A DNA stretch of 64,000 nt from Planctomycetota bacterium (GTDB taxonomy: Bacteria > Planctomycetota > B15-G4 > SIAN01), in assembly GCA_031409275.1 (NCBI GenBank), contig JANNXA010000055.1, positions 128,001 through 192,000 on the forward strand. Reading direction: 5' to 3'. Within the stretch, counting starts at the first letter, position 1, and each line of letters starts with the position of its first letter. The notes beneath the pieces were generated by a model. That model ran no database searches, was not told the DNA's origin, and was given only the letters and a program-made list of their open reading frames with translations. Both the position numbers and the translations under genes were made by a program. Below, one piece after another: positions 1-8,558 of the stretch.

Positions 1-182
1 CCCTGATTGGCCGCTCGATCGGCCTTCTTGTCCGCGGTCTTCAGCCCCTTGATCCGGAGCAGGTCCTTCGCCTTCTCAAAGTCGCCGCCACCCTCTTCAA
101 GGGCGCGCTTGCAATCCATCAGCGCCGCGCCCGTCGATTCGCGAAGCTTCTGCACCAGGGCAGCGGAAATCGGGGTCGCCAT
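1..182 (-). CDS. tsf: Elongation factor Ts, N-terminal part (runs off window edge)
   Basis: Manual translation from ATG at 182: [46 protein letters not shown], the EF-Ts N-terminal signature; lies directly downstream of rpsB. Confidence 0.96.
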   Translation of the reverse strand, partial: MATPISAALVQKLRESTGAALMDCKRALEEGGGDFEKAKDLLRIKGLKTADKKADRAANQ

Positions 183-309
183 GTCACACTCCGTTCCAGT
201 TCCTTGCGGCGCGCATCGCGCAGCCGCATCCCATGCGCCAACCGCCCGGCGCATCGCCGGGGGTTGGACGCGGAAGTTCTTCGTTCCAGGCGCGCGCGAG
301 CGCGCCGGT

Positions 310-1248
310 TCACTCGGCCTTCGGCGCCTCGCCTGCGGCCGCGGCTGCCGGGGCGGCTGCCCCTTCCGCTGCCGGCTCCGGCCCCATGCCATCGTCACGC
401 TTCGGCGGCGCCTTGCGCGGCGGCTGACGCTTCTCGAGGCTGGTCCCGGCGCTGTAGCGCTTGGAGCGAATGTCGGGGTCGACGCTGGTCATCGCTGGAT
501 CGGCCGGGGTGCCGCGCTGATTCGCTTTGCCCTCGACGATGGCGTCGACGAGACGCGCGAGCAGGACCTGCACCGAGCGCATCGCGTCGTCATTGCCCGG
601 CACCGGGAAGTCGACCTGCGTCGGATCGCAATCGGTGTCGAGGATCCCGATGATCGGAATCCCGAGCCGGTTGGCTTCCTTGACGGCGATGTACTCCTTG
701 CGAACGTCGACGACCACGAGCGCGCCCGGAAGGCGGTCGAGGTGACGGATGCCTTCGAGGTTGCGGCGGATTCGCAGCAGGTCGCGGGTGATGAAGGACT
801 GCTGCTTCTTCGGCATCTGCGCGAGACGCCCCGAGGTCTCGAGGTGCTCGAGCTGCTCGAGGTGGTTCAAGCGATTGCGGACCGTCGTGTAGTTGGTGAG
901 CGTGCCGCCGAGCCAGCGCTCGTTGACGTACGGCATGCCGCCGCGCGTCGCTTCGGACTGGATGACGCTCTTCACCTGGCGCTTGGTGCCGACGAGGACG
1001 ACCTTGTGGCCCGCTGAGACGAGGTTGCGCAGGAAGCGCTGTGCGCGGAAGAGGCCGCGCACCGTCTGCACGAGGTCGATGATGTGGATGTAGTTGCGCT
1101 TGCCGTAGATGTACGGCTTCATCTTCGGGTTCCACCGGCTGACCCGGTGGCCGAAGTGGACGCCCGCTTCCACGAGCTCGTCGATCTGGATCGGTTGTGC
1201 CTGCGTCCCTTGACCGGGCGGCGTACCTTGCTGCGTACCTTGCTGCAC
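310..1248 (-). CDS. rpsB: 30S ribosomal protein S2
   Basis: EAGVHFGH...[18 protein letters not shown] and PGNDDA motifs. Probable GTG start at 1248 with AGAGG upstream (ORF track extends to 1332). Long Ala/Pro-rich C-terminal tail. Confidence 0.97.
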   Translation of the reverse strand: MQQGTQQGTPPGQGTQAQPIQIDELVEAGVHFGHRVSRWNPKMKPYIYGKRNYIHIIDLVQTVRGLFRAQRFLRNLVSAGHKVVLVGTKRQVKSVIQSEATRGGMPYVNERWLGGTLTNYTTVRNRLNHLEQLEHLETSGRLAQMPKKQQSFITRDLLRIRRNLEGIRHLDRLPGALVVVDVRKEYIAVKEANRLGIPIIGILDTDCDPTQVDFPVPGNDDAMRSVQVLLARLVDAIVEGKANQRGTPADPAMTSVDPDIRSKRYSAGTSLEKRQPPRKAPPKRDDGMGPEPAAEGAAAPAAAAAGEAPKAE

Positions 1249-1419
1249 GAAGTGAATCCTCTGGACTCCTGCGGAGCCCGTTGCGCCAGTTCGCCACGAG
1301 GAACCGACCTGCACCACGAAGGCGAAGGTCAAGCTCCCACCAGCACGGAAGGAGAAACGATTGACGGCACCGACCCCATGTCGGCAGCCCGAGGGTTTCT
1401 CCGGCGTTTGAAGCGGAGG

Positions 1420-1447
1420 AGTCTAGTCGGCGCCTGAGGTCGATCAA
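1420..1447 (-). promoter_or_regulatory. sigma70-like promoter for rpsB-tsf
   Basis: Minus strand TTGATC-N16-TAGACT; implies a leader of about 165 nt before rpsB. Confidence 0.5.
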
Positions 1448-1554
1448 GGGGCGCTTTTCGCGCGAGCGGCGCCTCCCGCACCCCTTCCCACTCTGCAGCC
1501 GACCTGCGAAAGTGCCCCGCCACATCAGGGTTGATCCTCGGATCTTGGGTAGTC

Positions 1555-2493
1555 ATGGAAGACCGTCCGCGACGCGCCTTGCTCGCCTGCCACTCGGCCC
1601 CCCTGTGGCCGTCCCTCGAGCGGCAGCTCGCCACGCGCGGGTTCGAGGTCGTCGTCACCCGAGACGTCGTCGGGACCGCCAGCGCCCTGGAGGCGGGCCG
1701 TTTCGACCTCGTGATCCTGCGTCCGGTGGCCGACAGCGCGGCCACTTTCGAGCTCGACGCCGTGCTCTCGCCGCGCGACGACGACTCGAATCACGCGCTG
1801 CTCCTCGTGCTCGAGGCCGGGGTCGATGGGGCCGCCTTGCTCGCCAGGCTCTCCGCCGGCGACGACTACCATCGCGGCGACGACGAACGCGGGTTGTCGC
1901 AACGTCTCGAGCTCGTGCTGCGACGGCGCGAGCAATTGCGCCGCCTCGAAGCGGAGACGATCACCGACTTCAAGACCGGTCTCTTCAACGACCGCTACTT
2001 CTATCGGCGCCTGCTCGAGGAAGTCGAGCGCACACGCCGCCATCGCCTCGCGCTGGCGCTGGTGCTGATCGACTTCGACGACTTCAAGCGCGTCAACGAC
2101 GAGTTCGACCACGCCTTCGGAAACTTCGTGCTCGGCGCATTCGGCCGCAAGCTGCGCGCGAGCAGCCGCGCCATCGATCTGCCGGCTCGCATCGGTGGCG
2201 ATGAGTTCGCGCTGCTGCTGCCGAGCACCGCGCTCGATGAAGCCGCGCTCGTCGCCTCGCGCCTGCAAGCCACCGTCGCCGAGTGTCGCTTCGAGGCGGG
2301 CGGCGCGACCTTGCGAATCAGCATCTCGATGGGCATCGACGCGATCCACGGCGAAGATCACGTCGCCCCGGATGCGTTCCTGCGTCGCGCCGATGCGGCG
2401 CTGTTCGAGGCGAAGCGGCGCGGCAAGGGCCGCTTCGTCCTCTATCCGGAACTCGGCCCAGAAGACGCGCGCGGGAACGTTGCGAGTCGCTGA
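1555..2493 (+). CDS. Diguanylate cyclase (GGDEF) with degenerate N-terminal receiver-like domain
   Basis: TDFKTGLFN, DFDDFKRVNDEFDHAFG, RxxD I-site (RAID) and RIGGDEF. N-terminus is REC-like (FDLVIL) but appears to lack the phosphoacceptor Asp. Confidence 0.92.
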   Translation: MEDRPRRALLACHSAPLWPSLERQLATRGFEVVVTRDVVGTASALEAGRFDLVILRPVADSAATFELDAVLSPRDDDSNHALLLVLEAGVDGAALLARLSAGDDYHRGDDERGLSQRLELVLRRREQLRRLEAETITDFKTGLFNDRYFYRRLLEEVERTRRHRLALALVLIDFDDFKRVNDEFDHAFGNFVLGAFGRKLRASSRAIDLPARIGGDEFALLLPSTALDEAALVASRLQATVAECRFEAGGATLRISISMGIDAIHGEDHVAPDAFLRRADAALFEAKRRGKGRFVLYPELGPEDARGNVASR

Positions 2494-2509
2494 CGCGCGG
2501 TTCGAGGCG

Positions 2510-5500
2510 TCAGTCGCCCGCTTTGCGCAGCGTCACGACCAGCGCCTCGCTCACGACTTCCCACGGGAAGGAGCGCCACTCGCCGCCACGCGGCGCCTCC
2601 CCATCGAAACTCAGCGAGGTTGCCAGCGTGTCATCGCCGATGCGTTGGCGCGCCGCCAACGCCGCCGCGAGCAGCGCCTCCGCGCCCGCCAGGTGCAGTT
2701 CGATGCGATCGGCCACGCGCAGCCCCGCCTCACGCCGCGAGTGGTTCACCCGATTCACGATCTCGCGAACCCGACCGGCCGCGACCAGTTCGGGCGTCAA
2801 CGTCGGGTCGAGCGCCACCAGCGTCTTGCCATCGGTCTCGACGCACACGCCGGTCTTGCCCTGCACCACCACCTCGATCTCCGCCGAGGTGAACGCGACC
2901 GCGGCGCCGCCGACCTCGAGCGTCAACGCTTCGCCGCGCAACAACGTGTCGATCTGAGCGCTCGTCAGGAGTTCGAGCGCCTGCTTGGCCGCGCCGAGTT
3001 TCGGACCAAGCTTCGGCCCGAGCAGCTTGAAGTTGGGCTTCACCTTGAGCGTGCGCAGATCGTCGAGCCGCGCCGTGTCGGCGATGGCGACCAGTCCGAC
3101 GTTCAACTCGTCGGCCAGCAACGCTGCGTAGCGACCGCCAAGCTTCGCGTCGGCAGCCGCGTCTCGTCCCTTCACCCACAGCGTCCCGAGCGGCTGGCGG
3201 AGATTGATCCCCGCGGCGTTGCGCGCGCGGCGGGCCAGCGCCACGACGTCGAGCACCGCCTCCATGTCGCGCTCGAGTTCCGGAGCGCGCCGGTCGCTCC
3301 GCGCCGTCGGGAAGGGCTCGAGGTGGATCGATGCGGCGCCTGGCCGCAGCCACGACCAAAGCGCCTCGGCCCAGAACGGCGCGATCGGCGCGAGCACCAA
3401 CGCGACCCGCTCGAGTGCTTCGAGCAGCGTCGTGTAAGCGGCGAGCTTGTCGGCGGTGAGGCCGCGGCCCCAGAAACGGTCGCGTGAACGGCGGATGTAC
3501 CAGTTCGAGAGCTTGCGATCGACGAAGGCGCCGATCTGCTGCGCGGCGCGCGTGAGGTCGTAGCGGCCAAGCGCGCCATCGACCTCCTCGACGAGGCGCT
3601 CCACCTCGGCGAGCAGCCATTGATCGAGTTCGGTCCGCGCCGACGGCGCCGGCGCCGCCTGCTGCGCCGGATCGAATCCGTCGATCTCCGCATAGGTCGC
3701 GAAGAACGACCAGCAGTTCCACAGCGTGCCGAACAGTTCGCGCCCGGCAACGCCGACCGCGGTCGGGTCATAGGTCTTGGGCAGCCACGGCTGGCTTTGC
3801 GAGAGCAGGTAGTAGCGCACGGCATCGACCCCGTGCGCCCCGATCTCCTGCCACGGATCGACGGTGTTGCCGCGCGACTTCGACATCTTCTGCTTCTTCG
3901 CGTCGAGCAGGAGATTGCCCACCAGGATGCGCTTCGCCGCCGGCTTGCCGGTGAGGAAGGTCGACAGGACGTGCAGCGTGTAGAACCAGCCGCGCGTCTG
4001 ATCGAGCCCTTCCGAGATGTAGTCGGCGGGATGTTCAACGGGCGGAGCCTTGCCCTTCTCCGCGATCCAGCCGTGCTGCGCGAACGGCATCGCGCCCGAG
4101 TCGAACCAGCAATCGACGACTTCGGGAGTGCGGTGCGCGACACCGCCGCAACCGGATCGAGTGCACGCCAGCGTGACACCATCGATGTGCGGTCGGTGCA
4201 GGTCGAAGCCGGCCGGCAGCGCCGGAACCAGCTGCCGCAGATGCGCCTCGCTGCGAACCACCTGCAGCGTCTTGCAGCCGTCGCACGCCCACACGTTCAG
4301 CGGCGTGCCCCAGTAGCGCTCGCGTGAAACGGCCCAGTCGACGTTGTTGTCGAGCCACTCGCCGAAACGGCCGGTTCCGATGTCGGCCGGGAACCACTCG
4401 ATCTGGCGGTTGAGCGCGACCATCTGCTCCTTCAGTCGGGTCGTGCGCAGGTACCAGCTTGGCCGCAGCCAATAGAGCAGCGGAGTCTTGCAGCGCCAGC
4501 AATGCGGGTAGGAGTGGGTGAAGTTGTCGCGGCGAAAGAGCTTTCCGCGCCGCTCGAGTTCGCGCACCAGTTCGGCGTTGGCATCGCGCGCGAATTGTCC
4601 CGCCACCGGAACGACGCGCGCCTCGAAGCGCCCCTGCGCATCGATCGGGTTGAGGATCGCAAGGCCTTCGCGCACGCCGACGGCGTGGTCGTCCTCGCCG
4701 AACGCCGGGGCGAGATGGACGATGCCGGTTCCGTCGTCCGCCGACACGAAATCGGCGCCGACCAGCACTTCGTGGCGCCCCGTTTCGAAGGGGAGCCAAT
4801 CGAACGGCCGCTCGCAACGCTCGCCGACCAAGGTGGCGCCCGCGATGGTTTCGACGACCTCCACCTTCTCCTTCCCGAAGACCTTCTGCAGCAACGCCGC
4901 GGCGAGGATCAGCTCCTCGCTGCCCCCCTCCTTGGTCACTCGCTTGACCCGGACGTAGTCGAGCTTCGGCGATACCGCCAGTGCGACGTTGCTTGGCAAC
5001 GTCCACGGCGTCGTGGTCCAGACCAGGAACGACTGGCCGGCGTGGCCCACACGAGGGAAGCGCACGAACACGGAGGGGTCCTGCACCTCCTGGTAGCCCT
5101 GGGCCACCTCATGCGAAGAGAGGCCGGTGCCGCACTTGGGGCACCACGGCAGGATGCGATGGCCCCGTTCGAGCAGCCCTTCGTCGAAGAAGCGCGCGAG
5201 GATGGACCACAACGAGGAGATGTAGGCGTTGTCGCACGTGATGTACGGATGCTCGTAGTCGAGCCAGTAGCCCATGCGCGCGGAGAGCCGCTCCCACTCC
5301 TCCTTGTATTTGAAGACGCTCTCGCGGCAGCGCTCGTTGAACGGACCGATGCCGAACTTCTCGATCTCCGGCTTGATCGAGATCCCGAGCTCCTTCTGCA
5401 CCTCGATCTCGACGGGCAGTCCGTGCGTGTCCCAGCCCGCTTTGCGCGGAACGAAGTGCCCCTTCATGGTCCAGTAGCGGCAGACGACGTCCTTCAGCGT

Positions 5501-5701
5501 GCGCGCGAAGACGTGATGGACCCCGGGGCGCCCGTTGGCCGTCGGCGGCCCTTCGTAGAAGACGTAGGTCGGTCGACCTTCGCGCCGAGCGAGGACCTGC
5601 TCGGGGATGCGCTCGGCACGCCAGCGCGCGAGCACTTCCTCCTCGAAAGCGGGCAGGTCGAATTCGCGGTCAGGCTTGATGAAACGGGGCGACGCGCTCA
5701 A
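2510..5701 (-). CDS. ileS: Isoleucine--tRNA ligase, type 2
   Basis: FYEGPPTANG, GWDTHGLP, WTTTPWTLPSN, DWAVSRERYWGTP, DQTRGWFY and KMSKS motifs; start uncertain (TTG 5701 or 5749). Confidence 0.97.
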   Translation of the reverse strand: MSASPRFIKPDREFDLPAFEEEVLARWRAERIPEQVLARREGRPTYVFYEGPPTANGRPGVHHVFARTLKDVVCRYWTMKGHFVPRKAGWDTHGLPVEIEVQKELGISIKPEIEKFGIGPFNERCRESVFKYKEEWERLSARMGYWLDYEHPYITCDNAYISSLWSILARFFDEGLLERGHRILPWCPKCGTGLSSHEVAQGYQEVQDPSVFVRFPRVGHAGQSFLVWTTTPWTLPSNVALAVSPKLDYVRVKRVTKEGGSEELILAAALLQKVFGKEKVEVVETIAGATLVGERCERPFDWLPFETGRHEVLVGADFVSADDGTGIVHLAPAFGEDDHAVGVREGLAILNPIDAQGRFEARVVPVAGQFARDANAELVRELERRGKLFRRDNFTHSYPHCWRCKTPLLYWLRPSWYLRTTRLKEQMVALNRQIEWFPADIGTGRFGEWLDNNVDWAVSRERYWGTPLNVWACDGCKTLQVVRSEAHLRQLVPALPAGFDLHRPHIDGVTLACTRSGCGGVAHRTPEVVDCWFDSGAMPFAQHGWIAEKGKAPPVEHPADYISEGLDQTRGWFYTLHVLSTFLTGKPAAKRILVGNLLLDAKKQKMSKSRGNTVDPWQEIGAHGVDAVRYYLLSQSQPWLPKTYDPTAVGVAGRELFGTLWNCWSFFATYAEIDGFDPAQQAAPAPSARTELDQWLLAEVERLVEEVDGALGRYDLTRAAQQIGAFVDRKLSNWYIRRSRDRFWGRGLTADKLAAYTTLLEALERVALVLAPIAPFWAEALWSWLRPGAASIHLEPFPTARSDRRAPELERDMEAVLDVVALARRARNAAGINLRQPLGTLWVKGRDAAADAKLGGRYAALLADELNVGLVAIADTARLDDLRTLKVKPNFKLLGPKLGPKLGAAKQALELLTSAQIDTLLRGEALTLEVGGAAVAFTSAEIEVVVQGKTGVCVETDGKTLVALDPTLTPELVAAGRVREIVNRVNHSRREAGLRVADRIELHLAGAEALLAAALAARQRIGDDTLATSLSFDGEAPRGGEWRSFPWEVVSEALVVTLRKAGD

Positions 5702-5818
5702 GGCCGATCCTCCCGCGCCGCGCGAGGGCGCAGCGCAATGGCGGGCCAACTTACCAGCGCCGCTCGCCGATCCCGGTGACGACGCGGACGCAACCGCGCC
5801 GACGACCGCAAGGCGCTC

Positions 5819-6646
5819 TCACTCGCGCGGCGGCACCGGCGGGCGATCGGTTCGGAACTGCTCGAGGAAGCGGCCGGCAGGCGCGCTGGTCCATTCACGG
5901 ACGAACTGGATCAGCTCGGCCGCCAACGATCCCGCTTCCGCTTCGACCGTCGCCACCGCCGCGGCCAGCGCGGCCTGCTTGCGGAACAGGTGGCTGTAGA
6001 CCCGCTTCAGCTCTTCGATCTGCTCTTCGGGAATGGCGGCGCGCTGCAGCCCGACGACGTTGAGCGCGCGCACCCGCACCCGCTCGCCCGCCACCTTCGT
6101 GAACGGCGGCACGTCGTGCACGACGCGGCTCATGCCGCCGACGTACGCCATGCGACCGATGCGCGCGAAGTGGTGGCACGCGACCGCGCCGGCGAGCACG
6201 GCTCGATCGCCGATGTGGACGTGGCCCGCGATGAGCACGGCGTTGGCGAGGATGATCTCGTTGCCGAGCACGCAGTCGTGGCCGATGTGCGAACACGCCA
6301 TCAGCAGGTTCTTGTCGCCGACGATCGTGTTGCCGCCGCCCTTCACGGTGCCGCGGTTGATGGTCACGCACTCACGGACGACGTTGCCGTTGCCGATCGT
6401 CAGCGTGGTCGCCTCGCCGCGATAGGTCTTGTCCTGCGGCGTGCCGCCAAGCACCGCGCCGGGATGGACGACGTTGTCGCTCCCGACCACGGTGTGATTG
6501 CAAACGACGACGTGCGACAGCAGTCGCGTGCGCGCGCCGATCCGAGCACCGGCGTGCACATGGCAGAAGGGGCCGACGATGACCCCTTCGCCGAGCTCGG
6601 CGCCCGACTCGACCACCGAGAGCGGGTGGACGACCGCCGCGCTCAC
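5819..6646 (-). CDS. lpxA: Acyl-ACP--UDP-GlcNAc O-acyltransferase
   Basis: Hexapeptide repeats, GGTPQD, RECVTINRGT, HIGHDC; GTG start overlaps the fabZ stop. Confidence 0.95.
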   Translation of the reverse strand: MSAAVVHPLSVVESGAELGEGVIVGPFCHVHAGARIGARTRLLSHVVVCNHTVVGSDNVVHPGAVLGGTPQDKTYRGEATTLTIGNGNVVRECVTINRGTVKGGGNTIVGDKNLLMACSHIGHDCVLGNEIILANAVLIAGHVHIGDRAVLAGAVACHHFARIGRMAYVGGMSRVVHDVPPFTKVAGERVRVRALNVVGLQRAAIPEEQIEELKRVYSHLFRKQAALAAAVATVEAEAGSLAAELIQFVREWTSAPAGRFLEQFRTDRPPVPPRE

Positions 6647-7947
6647 GAGGCGTCCACGAGAGTGAACGTGAGCAGCGCCTCCGCGACGCGCTGCGAGCCG
6701 ACCTTCGCGATCGCCGCGCCCTGTCCCATCTTGCTGCGGACCTTGGTCGCCTCGATCTCGATGCGAAGCTGGTCGCCCGGAACGACCGCCCGCCGCAACT
6801 TGACCTCGTCGATCGACCACAGCACGGCGAGCTTGCCCGTGTTCTCGAGACGACGCAGCAGCAGCAGGCCGGCGAGCTGCGCCATCGCCTCTAGGATCAT
6901 CACGCCGGGCATGATCGGCTGCCCCGGCCAGTGGCCCTGGAAGAACGGCTCGTTGATCGTGACGTTCTTGATGCCGACGGCGCGCCGATAGCCCTCGAGC
7001 TCGATGACCCGGTCGATCAGCAGGAACGGGTAGCGATGCGGCAGGAGATTCAGGATCTCCTTGATGTCCATGCCGGTCGGCGATGGCAGCGAACCGGCGA
7101 GTTCTTCGGCCTCGAGTGTCTCGATCAGCTTCCCGACCAGCTTGCGATTGGCGGCGTGCCCCGTCTTGGTCGCCATGACCCGCCCGCGCAGGTCGGCGCC
7201 GAGCAGGAACAGGTCGCCCAGCAGATCGAGCATCTTGTGGCGCGCGATCTCGTCGGGGAAACGCATCGGCGGCGCCCCCTCCTGCGAACCGCCGACGACG
7301 ATCGTGTTCTCCGGGGTCGCCCCCTTGCCGAGCCCCCGCTTGCGCAGCTCCTCGACCTCTTCCGCGAAGCAGAAGGTCCGCGCCGGGGCGATCTTGTCGC
7401 GAAAGGTCTCGGGCGAGATGTCGAGCGCGACGTACTGGCTGCCCCCAGTCCGCCCCTGGAAGTCGAGCGTGTAGGCCAGCATCAGCCCGTCCTGGTCATT
7501 CGGGACTGCGGTGATGAAGGAGTCGCCGACGGTGACCGCGATCGGCTCGCGGACTTCGAGGCACTTGCGCGGCGACTTCTGCTCGACGAGGACGGCGCGC
7601 TGCAACTGCTCGACCCACTGCAGCGAACTGCCGTCGAGCCCGGGCATCTCCGGCCCCGAAATCTCGACGCGCAGGTTGTCGATCCCGAGGCCGGCGAGCG
7701 CCGCGCAGAGGTGCTCGACGGTGTGAACCTCCGCCTCGTCGTTCTTCAGCGTCGTGCGACGCGGGTTGTCGACGATGTAGCGGTAGGACGCTGGAACGAT
7801 CGGCGCGTCCGGCAGATCGGTCCGCACGAACACAACGCCGCTGTCCGCTTCGGCGGGGACCACTCGCACGCGCACTTCCGCACCGCTGTGCAGGCCGACG
7901 CCGGACAGCTCGAAGGGGTTCTTGATCGTGCGTTGGTTGCGTCGCAT
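6643..7947 (-). CDS. lpxC: Bifunctional LpxC deacetylase / FabZ dehydratase
   Basis: QRTIK...GVGLHSG, TVEH and RHKMLDLLGD (LpxC) fused to LPHRYPFLLIDR and FFQGHWPGQPIMPGV (FabZ). ATG at 7947. Confidence 0.95.
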   Translation of the reverse strand: MRRNQRTIKNPFELSGVGLHSGAEVRVRVVPAEADSGVVFVRTDLPDAPIVPASYRYIVDNPRRTTLKNDEAEVHTVEHLCAALAGLGIDNLRVEISGPEMPGLDGSSLQWVEQLQRAVLVEQKSPRKCLEVREPIAVTVGDSFITAVPNDQDGLMLAYTLDFQGRTGGSQYVALDISPETFRDKIAPARTFCFAEEVEELRKRGLGKGATPENTIVVGGSQEGAPPMRFPDEIARHKMLDLLGDLFLLGADLRGRVMATKTGHAANRKLVGKLIETLEAEELAGSLPSPTGMDIKEILNLLPHRYPFLLIDRVIELEGYRRAVGIKNVTINEPFFQGHWPGQPIMPGVMILEAMAQLAGLLLLRRLENTGKLAVLWSIDEVKLRRAVVPGDQLRIEIEATKVRSKMGQGAAIAKVGSQRVAEALLTFTLVDAS

Positions 7948-7961
7948 GGACGGTTCGGACG

Positions 7962-8525
7962 CTACTTGCCGGCGTCGAGGATCGCAAGCACGGCATCGGT
8001 CGCGTCGATGGTGCCGCGGTACGCCACCACCGTTCGCACGACGATCTCCGGGATCACGTCGCTGCTCTTGGTCCCTTTGACCGGCGACGCCGCGTACTGC
8101 AGCACCGCGTCGAGATCCCGCGACTCGAGGAACGTCTTGCAGGCCGCGGCGACGCGCGCGTGCCCGTCCGACAGGGAGCGCGCCACCTTGCGCTCGAAGT
8201 CGTCCTGCAGAGAGTCCTGCTCCGCTTCGAGCTCGAACTTCTTGACGCGCAGCTCCTTGCTCTTCTTCAAGTAGCCGTCGCTGCCGGGCTTGAGCTGGTC
8301 GAGCTCGGCGAGCTGCGCGCGGTACTCCTTCGCTCGCTCGTCGAGGAGCGTCTGGTTGGCCGTGCGCCACTGGTCGATCAGCGACTGCTCGTCGCGCGAC
8401 TGCTTGTGCGTGCTGACCAGGCGCGACATGTCGACGACCGCGATGCGCGGCCCCTCGAATCGCGCGGCCGCGCCGGCGACCACCACCACCGCCACGAGGG
8501 CAGCACCGATCAGCCACTGCTTCAT
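7962..8525 (-). CDS. skp: OmpH/Skp family periplasmic chaperone
   Basis: Signal peptide, RIAVVDM, helical middle, IDATDAVL C-terminus; directly follows bamA. Confidence 0.85.
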   Translation of the reverse strand: MKQWLIGAALVAVVVVAGAAARFEGPRIAVVDMSRLVSTHKQSRDEQSLIDQWRTANQTLLDERAKEYRAQLAELDQLKPGSDGYLKKSKELRVKKFELEAEQDSLQDDFERKVARSLSDGHARVAAACKTFLESRDLDAVLQYAASPVKGTKSSDVIPEIVVRTVVAYRGTIDATDAVLAILDAGK

Positions 8526-8558
8526 TGCTTCGATCCTCCAAGCTCCTGCCGCATGCGG

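Noticed and set aside
1222..1247. 12-bp tandem duplication at the rpsB start (QQGT twice)
   Set aside because: Small in-frame duplication in a low-complexity N-terminal extension; no evident significance.
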